The notes under the pieces were generated by a model. The model did not search any database and was not told the origin of the DNA. It saw only the letters and a program-made list of their open reading frames with translations. This document shows positions 1 to 11,960 of a stretch of 64,000 bases of DNA, one piece after another. A program made the translations under genes and the position numbers. Each line of letters begins with the position of its first letter. The first letter of the stretch is position 1. Source of the stretch: Scenedesmus sp. PABB004 (lineage: Eukaryota); assembly GCA_014905635.1 (NCBI GenBank), contig JABVCE010000005.1:1-64000 (forward strand), written 5' to 3'.

Positions 1-190
1 AAAACCCTAAACCCTAAACCCTAAACCCTAAACCCTAAACCCTAAACCCTAAACCCTAAACCCTAAACCCTAAACCCTAAACCCTAAACCCTAAACCCTA
101 AACCCTAAACCCTAAACCCTAAACCCTAAACCCTAAACCCTAAACCCTAAAACCTAAACCCTAAAACCTAAAACCTAAACCCTAAACCCT
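1..190. repeat. Telomeric repeat array (CCCTAAA)n = TTTAGGG on the minus strand; chromosome end
   Basis: About 27 tandem heptamers from base 1, with a few AAAACCT variants near 148-178. Confidence 0.99.
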
Positions 191-531
191 GCGCGGGGGC
201 GGGGGTGCCGCGCATGCACTTTCGCCGAGCGTTGACGTGGCGCAGCTGGGCAGCACCGCGCCGGCGGGCGGCTGTGAGTTGGCGTCGATGCGCACCAAGC
301 GATGCTTGCTGCCCCGCCGCTTCTGCCGATGGCGTTTTTTGTGTCCTCGCGTGGGGCTCGCCGTCTCTTCCTCAACCGCGGTGTGCTGTCCCCCGGCCGC
401 GGCGCAGATTGTCAAGACCGACCGCGGGACCGCGCAAGTTTGCGCGCGACACGGCTTGAGCGACTTTGCGGTCCGGCTAGGGAGTTGCTCGTGCATCTGC
501 ATGTGCCGTACGCACCCGGGCCTTGCGGAGT

Positions 532-536
532 TTACA
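532..536 (-). promoter_or_regulatory. Putative TGTAA poly(A) signal of the histidine phosphatase gene
   Basis: TTACA on + strand about 370 bp beyond the stop; UGUAA is the established chlorophyte signal. Confidence 0.55.
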
Positions 537-806
537 CGGCTGAGCAGCAAAGTGAGCAAAGCTGCACTCGGGGAGTGATTCATGCTCCCCGCAATCCTCG
601 CTCAGCGAGCCTCATAAAGTGAGCGCTTTTGGTGCCGAGCATGAGATGAAGTACAGCGCCGCCCTCAACTGAGCCTCTCACAATCTAGCAACACCCGGAG
701 CACACGAGTTGAGTTCAAGGCCGCGCGTGCGCGGGCCGGCCACGATCACTTCACAGCCGCGCGCGCGGTGGGTGCTGCGCGCACGGCGCGCGACACGCGC
801 TCATCG

Positions 807-835
807 CGCCGCCGCCGCCGCCGCCGCCGCCGCCG

Positions 836-872
<37 letters not shown>

Positions 873-878
873 CGCCGC
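807..878. repeat. (GCC)n microsatellite in 3' UTR
   Basis: About 24 GCC units with two GTC interruptions. Confidence 0.9.
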
Positions 879-903
879 AGCGGGCGGCCGCAGCAGGAGC
901 CGC

Positions 904-3401
904 TCACCACCCGCCGCCCAGCTCGGCCCACTGCTCCGCCGCCGACTCGCCGGCAAAGACCTCGTCGTGCGAGCCGCACGCACCGGGCAGCAGGCTTGCG
1001 TTGCCGCACATGTCGGGCGTTAGCCTGCGGGCAGCGCGAGCGGGCGCCGCGCGCGCGGTCACGGCGGCGCCGCGGCCCGCGCCGCAGCGTGTCCGCGCCG
1101 GCGGCGCACAACCGCGGTGGCCGCCGCGTGCGCGCTGGGCAGCTCGGCGGCTGCTGTGCGGGCCGCCAAAGCGCCGAAGCGGCGCGCCGCGCTGCTGCCC
1201 CCGCCCCCGCCCCCACCCACCCCTTGAGCACCGCCATGCTCTCGTGGCTGAGCCGGTAGAAGCTCTTGGTGTGCAGCGCCGCCGGCGTGCCCTCCAGGGC
1301 GGCGGCGTCGACCTTCTCCAGCACGATGGGCACGGCGTTGGGCGGGTTGTACACGCTCATGAACTGGGCCGCGGGGCGCGGCGGCGAGCAGGCGCGTCGG
1401 CGCGCGGTGCGCGCCGGGGCTGCGCGCGCCGCCATCCGCGGCCGCCACGCGGCGGCGCCGCCGCGGCAGCCGCGCGGCGCCGGCGTCCACTGCATATCGG
1501 CACGCTGCCGGCAGCTTCAGCCCAAGCCATAGTGTACGCGCAGCTGCTGCGCGAGCGCTCGGGGGACCAGCGCTGCGCCCCGCGCACGCCCCGCCGACCA
1601 GCCGCGCGCGGCCGCGCACCTGGTCCACGCCCCAGTGGAACCAGCGCATGAGGAAGATGCGCAGCGCCAGGCCGTGCGTGACCAGCACGAGCGACGTGTT
1701 GTTGGCAAAGCGGCCTGCGCGGCGCGCGCACGCGTCGGCGGCAGCGGCGGCCGACCGCCCCGCGCCGGCCTCGGCCGCCCCGCGGTGCGGGGAGGGCGCG
1801 CGCGTCACGCAGGGCGGGCGCGCACCCGCATTGATGTCCCGGATCAGGTGGTCGCTGAACACGGTGATGCGGTCGTAGACGTCGGCGCCAGACTCGCCGT
1901 TGGGGAAGCTGCGGCGGCCGCGACGGCGCCAAGCAGCACGACGCGGGCGGCGGCGGCGCTCGACGCCCGGCAGCCGCGGGGCCGAGCCACAAGACGGCTC
2001 GGCGCGCAGCGCGCGCGCAGCGGCTCGCCGGGCACGCTGGCTCGCCCGGGAGCGCCGGCGCTCGGCGCTGGCTGGCAGCGGCTGCCGGTGGCCGCGCTCA
2101 CCGGTAGAAGAAGCGACCGTACCGCACACGCTCCAGCTTCTCGCGCTGCTTGCCCTCCGCGTCCTGGAAGTTGCCCTGCGCGCGGCACGGCGCGGCGTGA
2201 GCGTGCGCGGACTGGTGGCGGCGCTGACCGCGCTGACAGCGCCCCCGCCGCGCCAGGGCTGCCAAACCCACAAAGTCTTGCTCTCGCAGCTGCACTTCCT
2301 CCTGCACGCCCGCGACCTGGCTGCAGTCAAAGGCGGCCCTGCAGAGGGCACAGCCGCGGTTGGGGGCGCGTGGGCGCGCGGCGGGGCGAGCCGCGCGCAT
2401 GAGTCGCGCCCCGCGCGACGGCGGAGCGCACGGCGTGCGCTGCGTGCGCGGCGCGCGCCTGATGTTGTCGCACGTCTGCAGGCTGCGCGCGTACGGCGAG
2501 GCAAAGAAGAAGAGCTTGAACGCGTCGCTGCCGCCCGCCGCCTCCTCCATGTGGCGCCGGATGGCGAGCCCCGCCTCGTACGCCTGCTGGCGGCCCAGCG
2601 CCGTCTGCGCGCGGGCGGCGCGGGCGCGCGGCTGAGCGGGGGCATGGGCGCAGCAGCTCGCCGCCGCTCGGAGTCGCGGCCGACGGCGGGCGCGGCGCAG
2701 CGGCGGCGCGCGCGCGCCCGCGCACCAGGGGCACTTGCGGGTCGGGGATGTACGTGTAGGCGCCCGCATTGACATTCCCTTCCGACTGCGCGTGCCGCAC
2801 CAGGATGATGCGCTGCGGCAGCACGCGCGTGTCGCGCGGCGTCGCGCCGCTGCGAGCGAGGCGGCGGGCGGTGGCGGCGCCGCAGCTCAGCGCTGGCCGT
2901 CCACCGTGCGGGCCGCCCTGGCGCCGCGCGCGCGGGCGCCGCAGGCGTGGCGCGGCCAGCCGCGCGCCGCGCCGCGGCGCGCCTGCTCGCGCTGTGGAAG
3001 CGCGCGTCAAAGAGTCCGCTCGACCGCATGTCACCGCCGGGCCCCGCGGCTGGCGCCACGGCCGCGCCCTGGAGGTGCTCCACGGCGGCCTGCAGCCGCG
3101 CGAGCGCCGCCGCCTGCTGCTGCAGGCCGTCTTGCTGCGCCCGCACGGTCGCGGCCAGCTCCGCGACCGACCGCCGCAGCTGCGCGACCTCGCTCTCCGC
3201 GTCCGCCGGCGCCGGCGGGGGAGGGCGCGCGTCCGCTGCGTTTACGCCGCTGAGCGGCTGGCCTGGCGCCACGGCTGCCGCGGCGCGCCGCCGCCAAACG
3301 CGCTGCGCGACGCCGCCGCTGGCCGCACAGCGCTGCCGCAGCGCGAGTTGCGGCGCTGCTGCGTCGGCGCTGCGCATTGGTGGTCGCTGACGACGCAGCA
3401 T
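904..3401 (-). CDS. Histidine phosphatase / phosphoglycerate mutase-like protein, 9 exons, probable organellar transit peptide
   Basis: Spliced motifs RIILVRHAQSEGN, FASPYARSLQT, LREQDFGNFQ, RFFYRFPNGESGADVYDR, LVTHGLALRIFLMRWFHW; introns 1 and 3 are GC-AG. Confidence 0.92.
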
Positions 3402-3991
3402 GGTACTGGTGCCCCGGGGCCTGAGCGCCGGCGAGCGCAGTCGGGGCAGGCGAGCGCACGCGGGGCAGCCGCGCGACGCCGCCGGCTGCCGCTCCGCCGC
3501 TGCTGCCGGCGCGCTGCGGCCGCTGCCGCTCCCGCTAGTGACAGGAGCGCGGGGAACGGGAGCGTCAGTACATGCCTGGCCAGGCGGGCTGCACGCGAGG
3601 GCGCCGGGCGCTGCGCGGCGGGCGGGCGGCCGAGACGACTGAGACTGCTGCTGCCGCGCGGTCTGTGCGAGCGCCGTGCAGGGCGGGGCGTCACCGCAGG
3701 AGTGCGGACAATGACGGTGACGGCCGGGCGAGGACAAAACCCAGACGACGACGGCGGCGCTCGGCCGCGCCGTCAGCGACTGCTGCCGCCGGTGCACTCG
3801 TCCCGGCACACCCGTTGATTCGCCTCCTGCTGCCGTACCCGTCGAGCTCATCACCGCGTGCCAGCCGCCGGCTCGTGCGCGCCAGCCGCACAGCAGCAGC
3901 GGCGGCCGCCGCTCCGCTGCCGCCGCCACCGCCGCGACGCCCGGTCCTTCAGGCACCGCCCCGCCAGCACCGGCGCCCCTGGCAGCCGACC

Positions 3992-5425
3992 ATGCGCGGC
4001 CGGGCTGCGCCAGCGTCGGCGCCAGCGCAGCCGCGCAGCAGCGGCGGCGGCGCTCGGCGCTGCGACGTCTGCGGCTGCGTGGTGCCCGCGGGCATCGCTG
4101 CCTGGGAGACGCATGTGGCAGGTGCGGCCAGGCCCCTCGCTGCCAGCTGCTCGGGGTGCGCCGCACCCACCCGCGCCACCCTGCGTGGCCCCGCCGCCGC
4201 AGGCATCCGGCACCGGCGCAACGCGGCGAGCGTGCGCGTGTGCGGCGAGCCCGGCCACGCGGTGGTGTCAGCGTTTGAGGCCCTGGACGCCCCGCCGCCG
4301 CGTTACCGGGGCAGGGACGAGGTGCTGCTGAGGCGCGCGTCGGCCAGCCGCGGGCGGCAGGGCAGCGCTGACGGCCGCGAGCAGCCTGAGCTGCTGGCGC
4401 TGCAGCAGGAGGCGTGCAAGCACTTGGCCAGCGTCGTGGGCGTCGGGGGCGGCGTGTACAGCCGCGCGTCGGGCAGGTTTACGCTGCAGGCACTGCAAGA
4501 GGCCGCGGCAGCGTTGGCGGCGGAGCTTGAGCGGGTGCAGCAGCAGCAGCAGGCGCAGCAGCAGCAGCAGCAGCCCCTGCGCCTGGAGCTCAGCCTGCAA
4601 GAGCCGGCGCAGGTCGCGTGCCTTGCCCAGCTCCTGCCTGCGCGGGCGGCGGCGCTGCGCCTGACAGGTGGGCAGAGCAGGGCGCGGGCGGCTGCCAGAC
4701 GTGCCGTCGCGCGGTTGGAGCTGCAAGCTGTGGTCATGCGCTGCGCCACGCGCTGTGCTCACACGCCACGCCTCGCGCTGCGCCGCAGTTCCCTACCAGA
4801 GCTACGGGCCGAGCGCGGCAGCCACCAGCGCAGCCGTCGCGTGCTTTGCGGCGAGCCTCGCGCGCCGCCACGACTTGGCTGCGCTGACGTTGGAGTTTGA
4901 TTGCGCGGACCACGGCAGGCTCGTGCAGCAGGGCGGCACCGGCCTTGAGCGCTTGCCGCAGCTGTGGGGCCACGTGGTGGCGCCGGTGCTGTCGACAGCC
5001 CTGCAGGCACGGGGGCGCCGCGCGCGCGCGCGCGCGCACGCTGCCGGCAGCGGCCGCGCGCCCCCCGCGCGGCGGCTGAGCGCACGCGGCGCTGCGCCGC
5101 GCCACAGGTCAACTCGGGCCTGTCCTCGCTGACGCTGGCGGCGTTCCCGGGCCAGTTCCCGCCTGACGTCGTGTCGCAGCTGCTGGCGTGCGTCGCCACG
5201 TGCCGCGCGCGGCGGCGGCTTGCAGTGCTGCTGGGCACGCACAGCCGGGCCGGGGCAGCCAGCCCGCTGCGCGGCGTGCCGGTCGAGGTGCTGGGGCGCG
5301 TGCTTGCAGAGTCGGTGCCGCCTGGCAGCTGCACCGTGGCGCTGGAGCTGCCGCGGCGGCTGGCGGGCGACAGCAGCAGCGAGAGCGAGAGCGGCAGCGA
5401 GAGCGGCAGCGATGAGAGCGACTAG
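3992..5425 (+). CDS. Hypothetical protein with N-terminal U1/matrin-like C2H2 zinc finger, 4 exons
   Basis: CDVC...WETHVAG|IRHRRN across intron 1; in-frame spliced path to TAG at 5423-5425. Confidence 0.7.
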
Positions 5426-5606
5426 GCGCCCGAGCTCGAGCAGAGCAGACGCGACTCTCTAGCAACGTTACGGTCGTGCAACTTTGCCGCGCTCGCACGC
5501 CGCGGGGCCCTACGCTGCCGCCACACCGAGCCACCGAGCCACCGCGCCGCCACGCCGAGCCACCGAGCCGCCGCCGCGCCGTCGCGCCGCCACCACCGCG
5601 CGCGGC

Positions 5607-8289
5607 CTAGGTCCGGCTGTTGGCGTACTTGACGGTGATCGGCCGCGCGCGCGCGTCGGTGGGCAGCACCGCGCCGTTGGCGTTGGCCATGGCCAGCTCC
5701 GCCTCGGCCTGGGTGCTGTAGATGATGAACCCGCACCCCCGGCTGCGCCCGTCGGGCATGCGCAGCAGCACCAGCTCCAGCACGTTGCCAAACTGCGAGA
5801 AGAAGGGGAACAGGTCCGCCTCGGTGAGCGTGTAGCTCACCTGGCCCAGGAACAGCTTCCACGCCTTGGCCGCCGCCAGCGCGGCGCTGCCCGCGCCGCC
5901 GCCGGCGGCGGCGCCCATGGCACCGCCGCCGCCCATCATGCCGGGCATCATGCCCATCATGCCCGGCATCATGCCCATGCCGCCGCCCATCATCCCGCCC
6001 GCCATCATGACCGGCATCATCCCGCCCGCCATCATGCCCATGCCGGGCATGCCGCCCATCATGCCGCCCTGCATCGCGCCGCCGCCGCCCATGCCGGCGC
6101 CCATGCCGGCGCCCATCTGCGCGCCGCCGCCCATCACTTGCTGCCCGCCCTCGCCGCCGCCCACCATCTGCCCGCCCGCGCCCATCATCTGACCGCCCGC
6201 AGCCATCATCTGACCGCCGGCGCCCATCATCTGCCCGCCGCCCATCTGCCCGCTCACCATCTCGCCGCCGCCGCTCAGCTGCCCGCCGACGCCTAGCTGC
6301 TGGCCAGCGCCGCCCAGCTGCAGGCCGGCGCCGCCGAGCTGGCCGCCGCTGCCCATCTGCGTGCCGCCGCCGGGCATCGCGCCGGCCATGCTGCCGCTGG
6401 CCTGCTGCTGGTGCTGCTGGTGCTGCTGCTGTTGCAGCTGCTGCTGGGGCTGCTGCTGCTGCATGCCGCCAGAGTTGGGCATGCCGCCGGCGGGCGCGCC
6501 AGCGTCCGCGCCAAAGCCGGTCGCCTCCCCGCCTGCTGCGCCGCCCCGCTGGCCGCCAGCGCCCATCATGCCCTGGCCGCCGGCGCCCGGCATGCCCTGC
6601 GCAGGTGAGCGGCGGCGGGCGTGGCCGCGACATCAGCCTGGCGGGCGCGCTGCGGGGCGGTGAATCGCCGCGAGGCGCGCGCTGCAGCGCTCACCACGCC
6701 GAAGCCCTGCTGCATGCCGCCGCCCATCATGCCACCGCCCATCATGCCGCCCATGCCCTGCGCGAGGCGGCGCCGCAGCTCAGCAGGGCGCGCTGCGCCC
6801 GGGCGGCGCGGCGCTGCGCCGGCCCGGCGGCGCGGCGCTCACTCCGTAGCCCATGCCCATCATGCCCGGCATGCCCTGGGCGGGGCGGCCGCCGGCGCGC
6901 GGCGCGGTCAGCAGCGCGTGCAGCGGTGCGCGGGTGCGGCGGCGCGGGCGCGGCGGCGCGGGCGCGGCGGCGCGGCGGCGCGGGCGCGGCGCGGCGCGGC
7001 AGGCCGCACCATAATGCCCGGCATCCCCATGCCAGCCATGCCGGCCATGCCGGGCATGCCCATGCCGCCCATCATGCCGCCCTGCAGCGAGTGACGGCGG
7101 CGGAGCGGGGGTCGGCGAGCGCGCGGCGCCGGCGCTGTGCCCGCCCCGCGCGGCGCGGCGCGGCGCCGCGCACCATGCCGTAGCCCATGCCGCCCATCAT
7201 GCCGGCCATGCCCATGCCGGCCATGAACTGCTGGCGCTTGGCGGCGCCGCCGGCGGCCATGGCCCCGCCCGCGCCGGCCATCATGTCGGCCATGCCGCGC
7301 TTGCCGCCGACGCGCTGGATGTCGGTGGGCTTGGCGTCCGCCATCTTGACCGCGATCGGGTTCTGCGCGCCCGGCAGCGTGAACTTGCCGTCCACGCCCT
7401 CCATCGCCGCCTCGGCGGACGCCCACGTCGAAAACGTCACAAACGCGCAGCCTGGGCGCGCCGCGGGCGGGGTGGCGGTGTCTGGGCCTGCTGCCGCCGC
7501 GCCGCCGGCGCGGGCGCGGCGCTGGCGACGGCCGCGGCCCACGGCGCGCCGCTGCGCGGTGTGCGGGGGCCCACCCATGCCGGCGTCCTTCTTGGGCGGC
7601 ATGACGTTGAGGTCCAGGATCTCCCCGTACGGCGCAAAGATGCCCCGGATCTGCTCCGCGCTCACGCCCTTGGCCACCTGCGGCGCGGCGCGGCGGCGGC
7701 GGCGGCGCCGGCGGCGCGGGCGCGGTGAGCGCCGCTGCGGCCCCGGCGTGGGCGCGTGCGCGGCGCGCGCCGCTGCTGGCCTGGTCCGTCCCCCCGCGCC
7801 GTCCCCCCGCCGCGCGCCACGCCGACGCGCACGCCGCGCGGCACCGCACTGCACGCGCGCGCGGCGCTGCGCGCCACACGGACGCTGCGGCGGCGGCCGG
7901 GCGCCGCGCGCACGCGCGCGCGCGCGCGGGACACCGCGCCGACACGACACCTGGCCCACGAACAACTTCTTGGGCGTCACGCCAACAACCACGCCATCCT
8001 CCTGGCGGCGCTGGGGGTCGGCAAACTTGACAATCAGCTGCCGCGGCGCCGACAGCGGCGAGGAAGTACCGTTTTCGGCCTCCACCGCCGCCTCGGCGTG
8101 CGCCCACTTGGTGAAGAGCACCATGGCGCAGCCCTTGGGCTTGCCCGTGTCCTGGTGCTTCAGCAGCGCCACGTTCTTGAGCGGGCCATACTGCTGGAAG
8201 TGCGCCTGCACCTCCTCGCGGCTGATCTCGAACGACAGCCCGCCCACGAAGAGCTTGGGCTCCGCGCACACCGGGTCGGCGTGGATCAT
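5607..8289 (-). CDS. CELF/Bruno-like RNA-binding protein with 3 RRMs and a Gly/Met-rich linker, 7 exons
   Basis: RRM1 KLFVGGLS...KPKGCAMV; RRM2 KKLFVGQV...GCAFVTF; RRM3 WKLFLGQVS...RSRGCGFIIY; 2+1 RRM layout typical of CELF. Confidence 0.9.
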
Positions 8290-8716
8290 GGCGGCTGGCG
8301 GGCGCCACGAGCGCGCGCGTGCGCCGGCGGCGGCGGCCGCTGCTGCGGCGGCGGCGGCGCTGACGGCTGCTGCTGCCGCTGGGCGCGGGGCCGGCTGCTG
8401 CTGAGGCGACTGCGGCTGGGGCGGGGCGGACGCGCTGCCGCGCGCGAGAGGGAGGTTGTGTTAATCGACGGCCTGTCTTCCTCCTCCCAGCGCTCCTTGC
8501 GCGCGCGCTCGCGCGCTCCGAACACTCCGCGCGTGTGCGCACCAGGGCACGCCAGCGCGCCCGCGCCAACTCGCGAACGCGCTCCTCGCCACTCCTCTCA
8601 CGCCCTGTGCATCGCCAAAGGCCTTACCCGCGACGTCGACGTCACACGCTAGCGACTGCCGGCGCCGCGCGCCCGGCGGCGCGTGGAGCGGGTAGTAGCG
8701 CTCGGCGCGAGCAGAC

Positions 8717-11519
8717 ATGTCGCTGCGCCGGGGCCTCCTCGTCGCCGCGCGCGCCGGCGGCGCGGCGGTGCGCGCCCACCGATCCCAGCTCGCGTCCAGG
8801 TGCGGGCCGCGGGGCGGGCGAGCCCTGAGGGCGCGGGGAGCGGGCGGCGCGCGTGCGGGTTGCGCCTGCAGCGGCCCTCACCCTCTCTCCCGGCCTCCCC
8901 GCAGGGAGCTGCTGGCCGCGCAGCTGGGGCAGGAGCTGTCGCGCGCCTGGCCGGGCCAGCTGGCCTTCGCGGCGCGCCGGCTGCACGCCCTGGCCGCGGG
9001 CGGCCATGCGGCGCCCGCCCACAGCGCCGGCGCGCTGGCGCGCGGCGCGGCGCGGCGCTGGCAGTCGCTGGCGGCCGCGCAGCAGCCGCACGCGGGCGGC
9101 GGCACGGGCGGCGGCTGGGCGGCGCTGGAGGCGCGGCTCGTGACGGTCGTGAACAGCTTGGCGCTCTCGCCGGCGGGCCAGGTGCGCGCGCGGCCGGGCG
9201 GCTGGGGGGAGCGAGGGGGCCGCGGCACGGCCGGCGCGCCGGCGGCGCTGCGGCGCCGCTCCGGCGGGGGCCGGCGTGTGCGCGGGCGCGCGCGCGCGCG
9301 CCCGCCAGCAGCGCGCGGCCGCGGCCCGCTGCTGCAGCTGCTCACGCGCGCGCGCACCCGCCCCCTCCCCCCCGCAGACGGTGCTGGGCGCGTTCCTGCC
9401 GATCACGCTGCTGGCGGCGCTCTTCCCGAGCCGCGTGCGCTGCCGCGCGTACGAGCTGCCCGCGGGCGCGGCGCGCGGCGAGGCCTACTTTGTGCCCGTC
9501 ACGGCGCGCCTGCGGCAGCAGCAGGCGGTGCAGGAGCAGCTGCTCTGGGGCCTGCTGGCCAACTGCCACGGCGCGATCAGCCACGCGCTCGCGCGGCTGG
9601 GCGAGGAGCTCGCGGTCGCGCTGCGCGGCCTCTACCTCGCCGCGCTCTTCGCGCCCGCGCTGCTCACCGCGCCGCTGGTCTTCCGCTGGGGCGCGGGGCG
9701 GGAGGCGTGGCTGGTGCTGCTGCGCTGGACGCTGGAGCAGGCGGGCCCCGCGTTCATCAAGTGGGGCCAGTGGGGCTCGACGCGGCCCGACCTCTTCCCC
9801 CGCGACGTGTGCAAGGCGCTGGAGGCGCTGCAGAGCAACGCGCCCAGCCACGCGCCCGCGCACTCGGTCGCGGCGGTGGAGGCCGCGTTTGGGCGCCCGC
9901 TCGGCGAGCTGTTTGCCGCGTGGGAGGCGGCGCCGATCGCGAGCGGCAGCATCGCGCAGATCCACCGCGCGCGCCTCTCGCACCAGGCGGCGGCGAGCGC
10001 GGGCGTGCCGGCGGGCACGCTCGTCGCGGTCAAGGTCCGCCACCCGGGCGTGGGCACGCTCATGGCGCGCGACTTTGTGCTCATGCAGCGCGCGGCGCGC
10101 GCGGCGGGGCTGGTGCCCGGCCTCGCGGCGCTGCGGCTGGACGAGTCGGTGCGCCAGTTTGGCGGGCCGCTGCAGGAGCAGCTCGACCTCAGCGTCGAGG
10201 CGGCGCACCTTGACCGCTTTGCGCGCAACTTCAAGTCCTGGCGCAACGTCAAGTTCCCCACGCCCATCCACCCGCTCGTGCGCCCCGACGTGCTCGTGGA
10301 GAGCTTTGAGCCCGGCGCCGCCATCAACGGCTACGTCGCAGCGAGCGCTGCGTGCGCGGCCAAGGCGGCCATGGCCGCGCTCGCCGACGGCGGTGGCAGC
10401 GCCGCCGCCGCCGCCGCGCTGCCCGCCTGCGGCGGCAGCAGCGGGCCCGCGCTCGTCGCGGCCGCGGCGGACGCGACGACCACGTGCAGCCTCGCCAGCG
10501 TGACGGCGCACGCGCAGCGGCGCGGCGAGAACGAGTCGCTGCGCGTGCGCGGGGCGATCGCGGAGACGGGCATGCACGCGTACCTCAAGATGCTGCTGGC
10601 CGACAACTTCATCCACGCGGGTGCGGCCCGCGCGCCAGCGCGCCAGCGCCGCGCCGCGCCGCTGCTGCCGCTGCTGCACCGGCGGCGAGCGAGCGCGCGC
10701 GGGCGCGCGCGCGGGCGCCCCGCGCCCCGCGCCCGACGCCCCGCGCCTGCGCCGCGCGCCGCGCCGCAGACATGCACCCCGGCAACATCCTCGTGCGCGA
10801 GGTCGACCGGAGCGGCGGCATCGCGGAGCGCTTTGCGCTGCTGCTGAAGCAGCTGAGCTGGGGCCTGCCGCTGCCGGGGCTGCGCGAGGTCTTCCGCAAC
10901 GTGGTCATGCCGCCGACGCCGCAGCTGGTGCTGCTGGACACGGGCATGATTGCGGAGCTCAGCAAAGCGGACCAGACGAGCGTGGTGCAGTTCTTCAGGG
11001 TGAGCGCCGCGCCGCGGGCGGGGGGGGGGGCACGTGCGGGCGCGCGCTCGCGGCGGCGGCGCGGCGCGGGCGGCCCCGCGCGCGCTGGCGCCGGCCCGCG
11101 CCGACCCGGCCTGACCCGACGCGCCGCGGCGCCCGCAGGCGCTGACGAAGCAGGACGGCGGCGGCATCGCGCGGTCGATCCTGGCGATGAGCGAGATGCA
11201 CACCTGCCCCGACCCCGAGCGCTTTGTGTCGTGCCTGGCGGCCATGTTTGAGGGGCTCGACCCCGAGGTCATCCGCACGCGCACGAGCGAGGTGCTGCAG
11301 GACATGATCGAGCAGCTCCGCCAGCACCAGGTCACGCTCAAGGCGACCGTGAGCACCGTGGTCGTGACCACGCTCGTGCTCGAGGGCTGGAGCCGCGAGC
11401 TCAACCCCGACCTGCACATCATGGACACGCTGCGCGACATGCTCGCCGTCGACTGGAAGGAGCGCCTCGGCCGCGCCGTGGACAAGGTCATGGCCAGCGG
11501 CAGCCTCGCGGTCGTGTGA
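8717..11519 (+). CDS. ABC1/AarF atypical kinase (ADCK2-like, probably mitochondrial), 5 exons
   Basis: GPAFIKWGQWGSTRPDLFP, PIASGSIAQIHRA, VAVKVRHP, DNFIHA|DMHPGNI, LVLLDTGM. Confidence 0.95.
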
Positions 11520-11960
11520 CGCGGCGGGCGGGGCTGGGAGGGGGGCTGAGCTGGGCGCGCGTGTGCGTTGAGCAGCAGCATTGTGTTGTGTGTGCTTCGA
11601 TTTCGATTGATTGCAGCGGTGCAGCAACGACGAAAGCGTCGGGGCGACTCACTGCGCGGCGAGCGGCGTGGTTTGGTGGTGGTGGTGCGTTGGCGGCGGC
11701 GGGCGGCAACAGCGTGCGGCGCGGCCTGGCGGCTGCGAGCGGCAGCGAGCGGCGCGCGCGGTCAGAGGCAGCGCAGCGCATCCGGGTGACCCTGGCGCGG
11801 CCAGGGCGCGCGCTCCGTCGGGGCAAACGCGCGTCTCGGAGACCGCGTCAGCAGGTTCCGACACGCGTTTCGGCAAATGCGCCCGCGCGCGCAGCCGGAG
11901 CATTCCGCGCGCGTTCCGTCGACGCCCAACACCCTCTGTCTCCTTCTAGCTTGACCCGCC

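Noticed and set aside
5521..5580. Short CCGAGCCA repeats between convergent stops, considered as CRISPR or terminator
   Set aside because: Imperfect low-complexity repeat with no spacers; eukaryotic context
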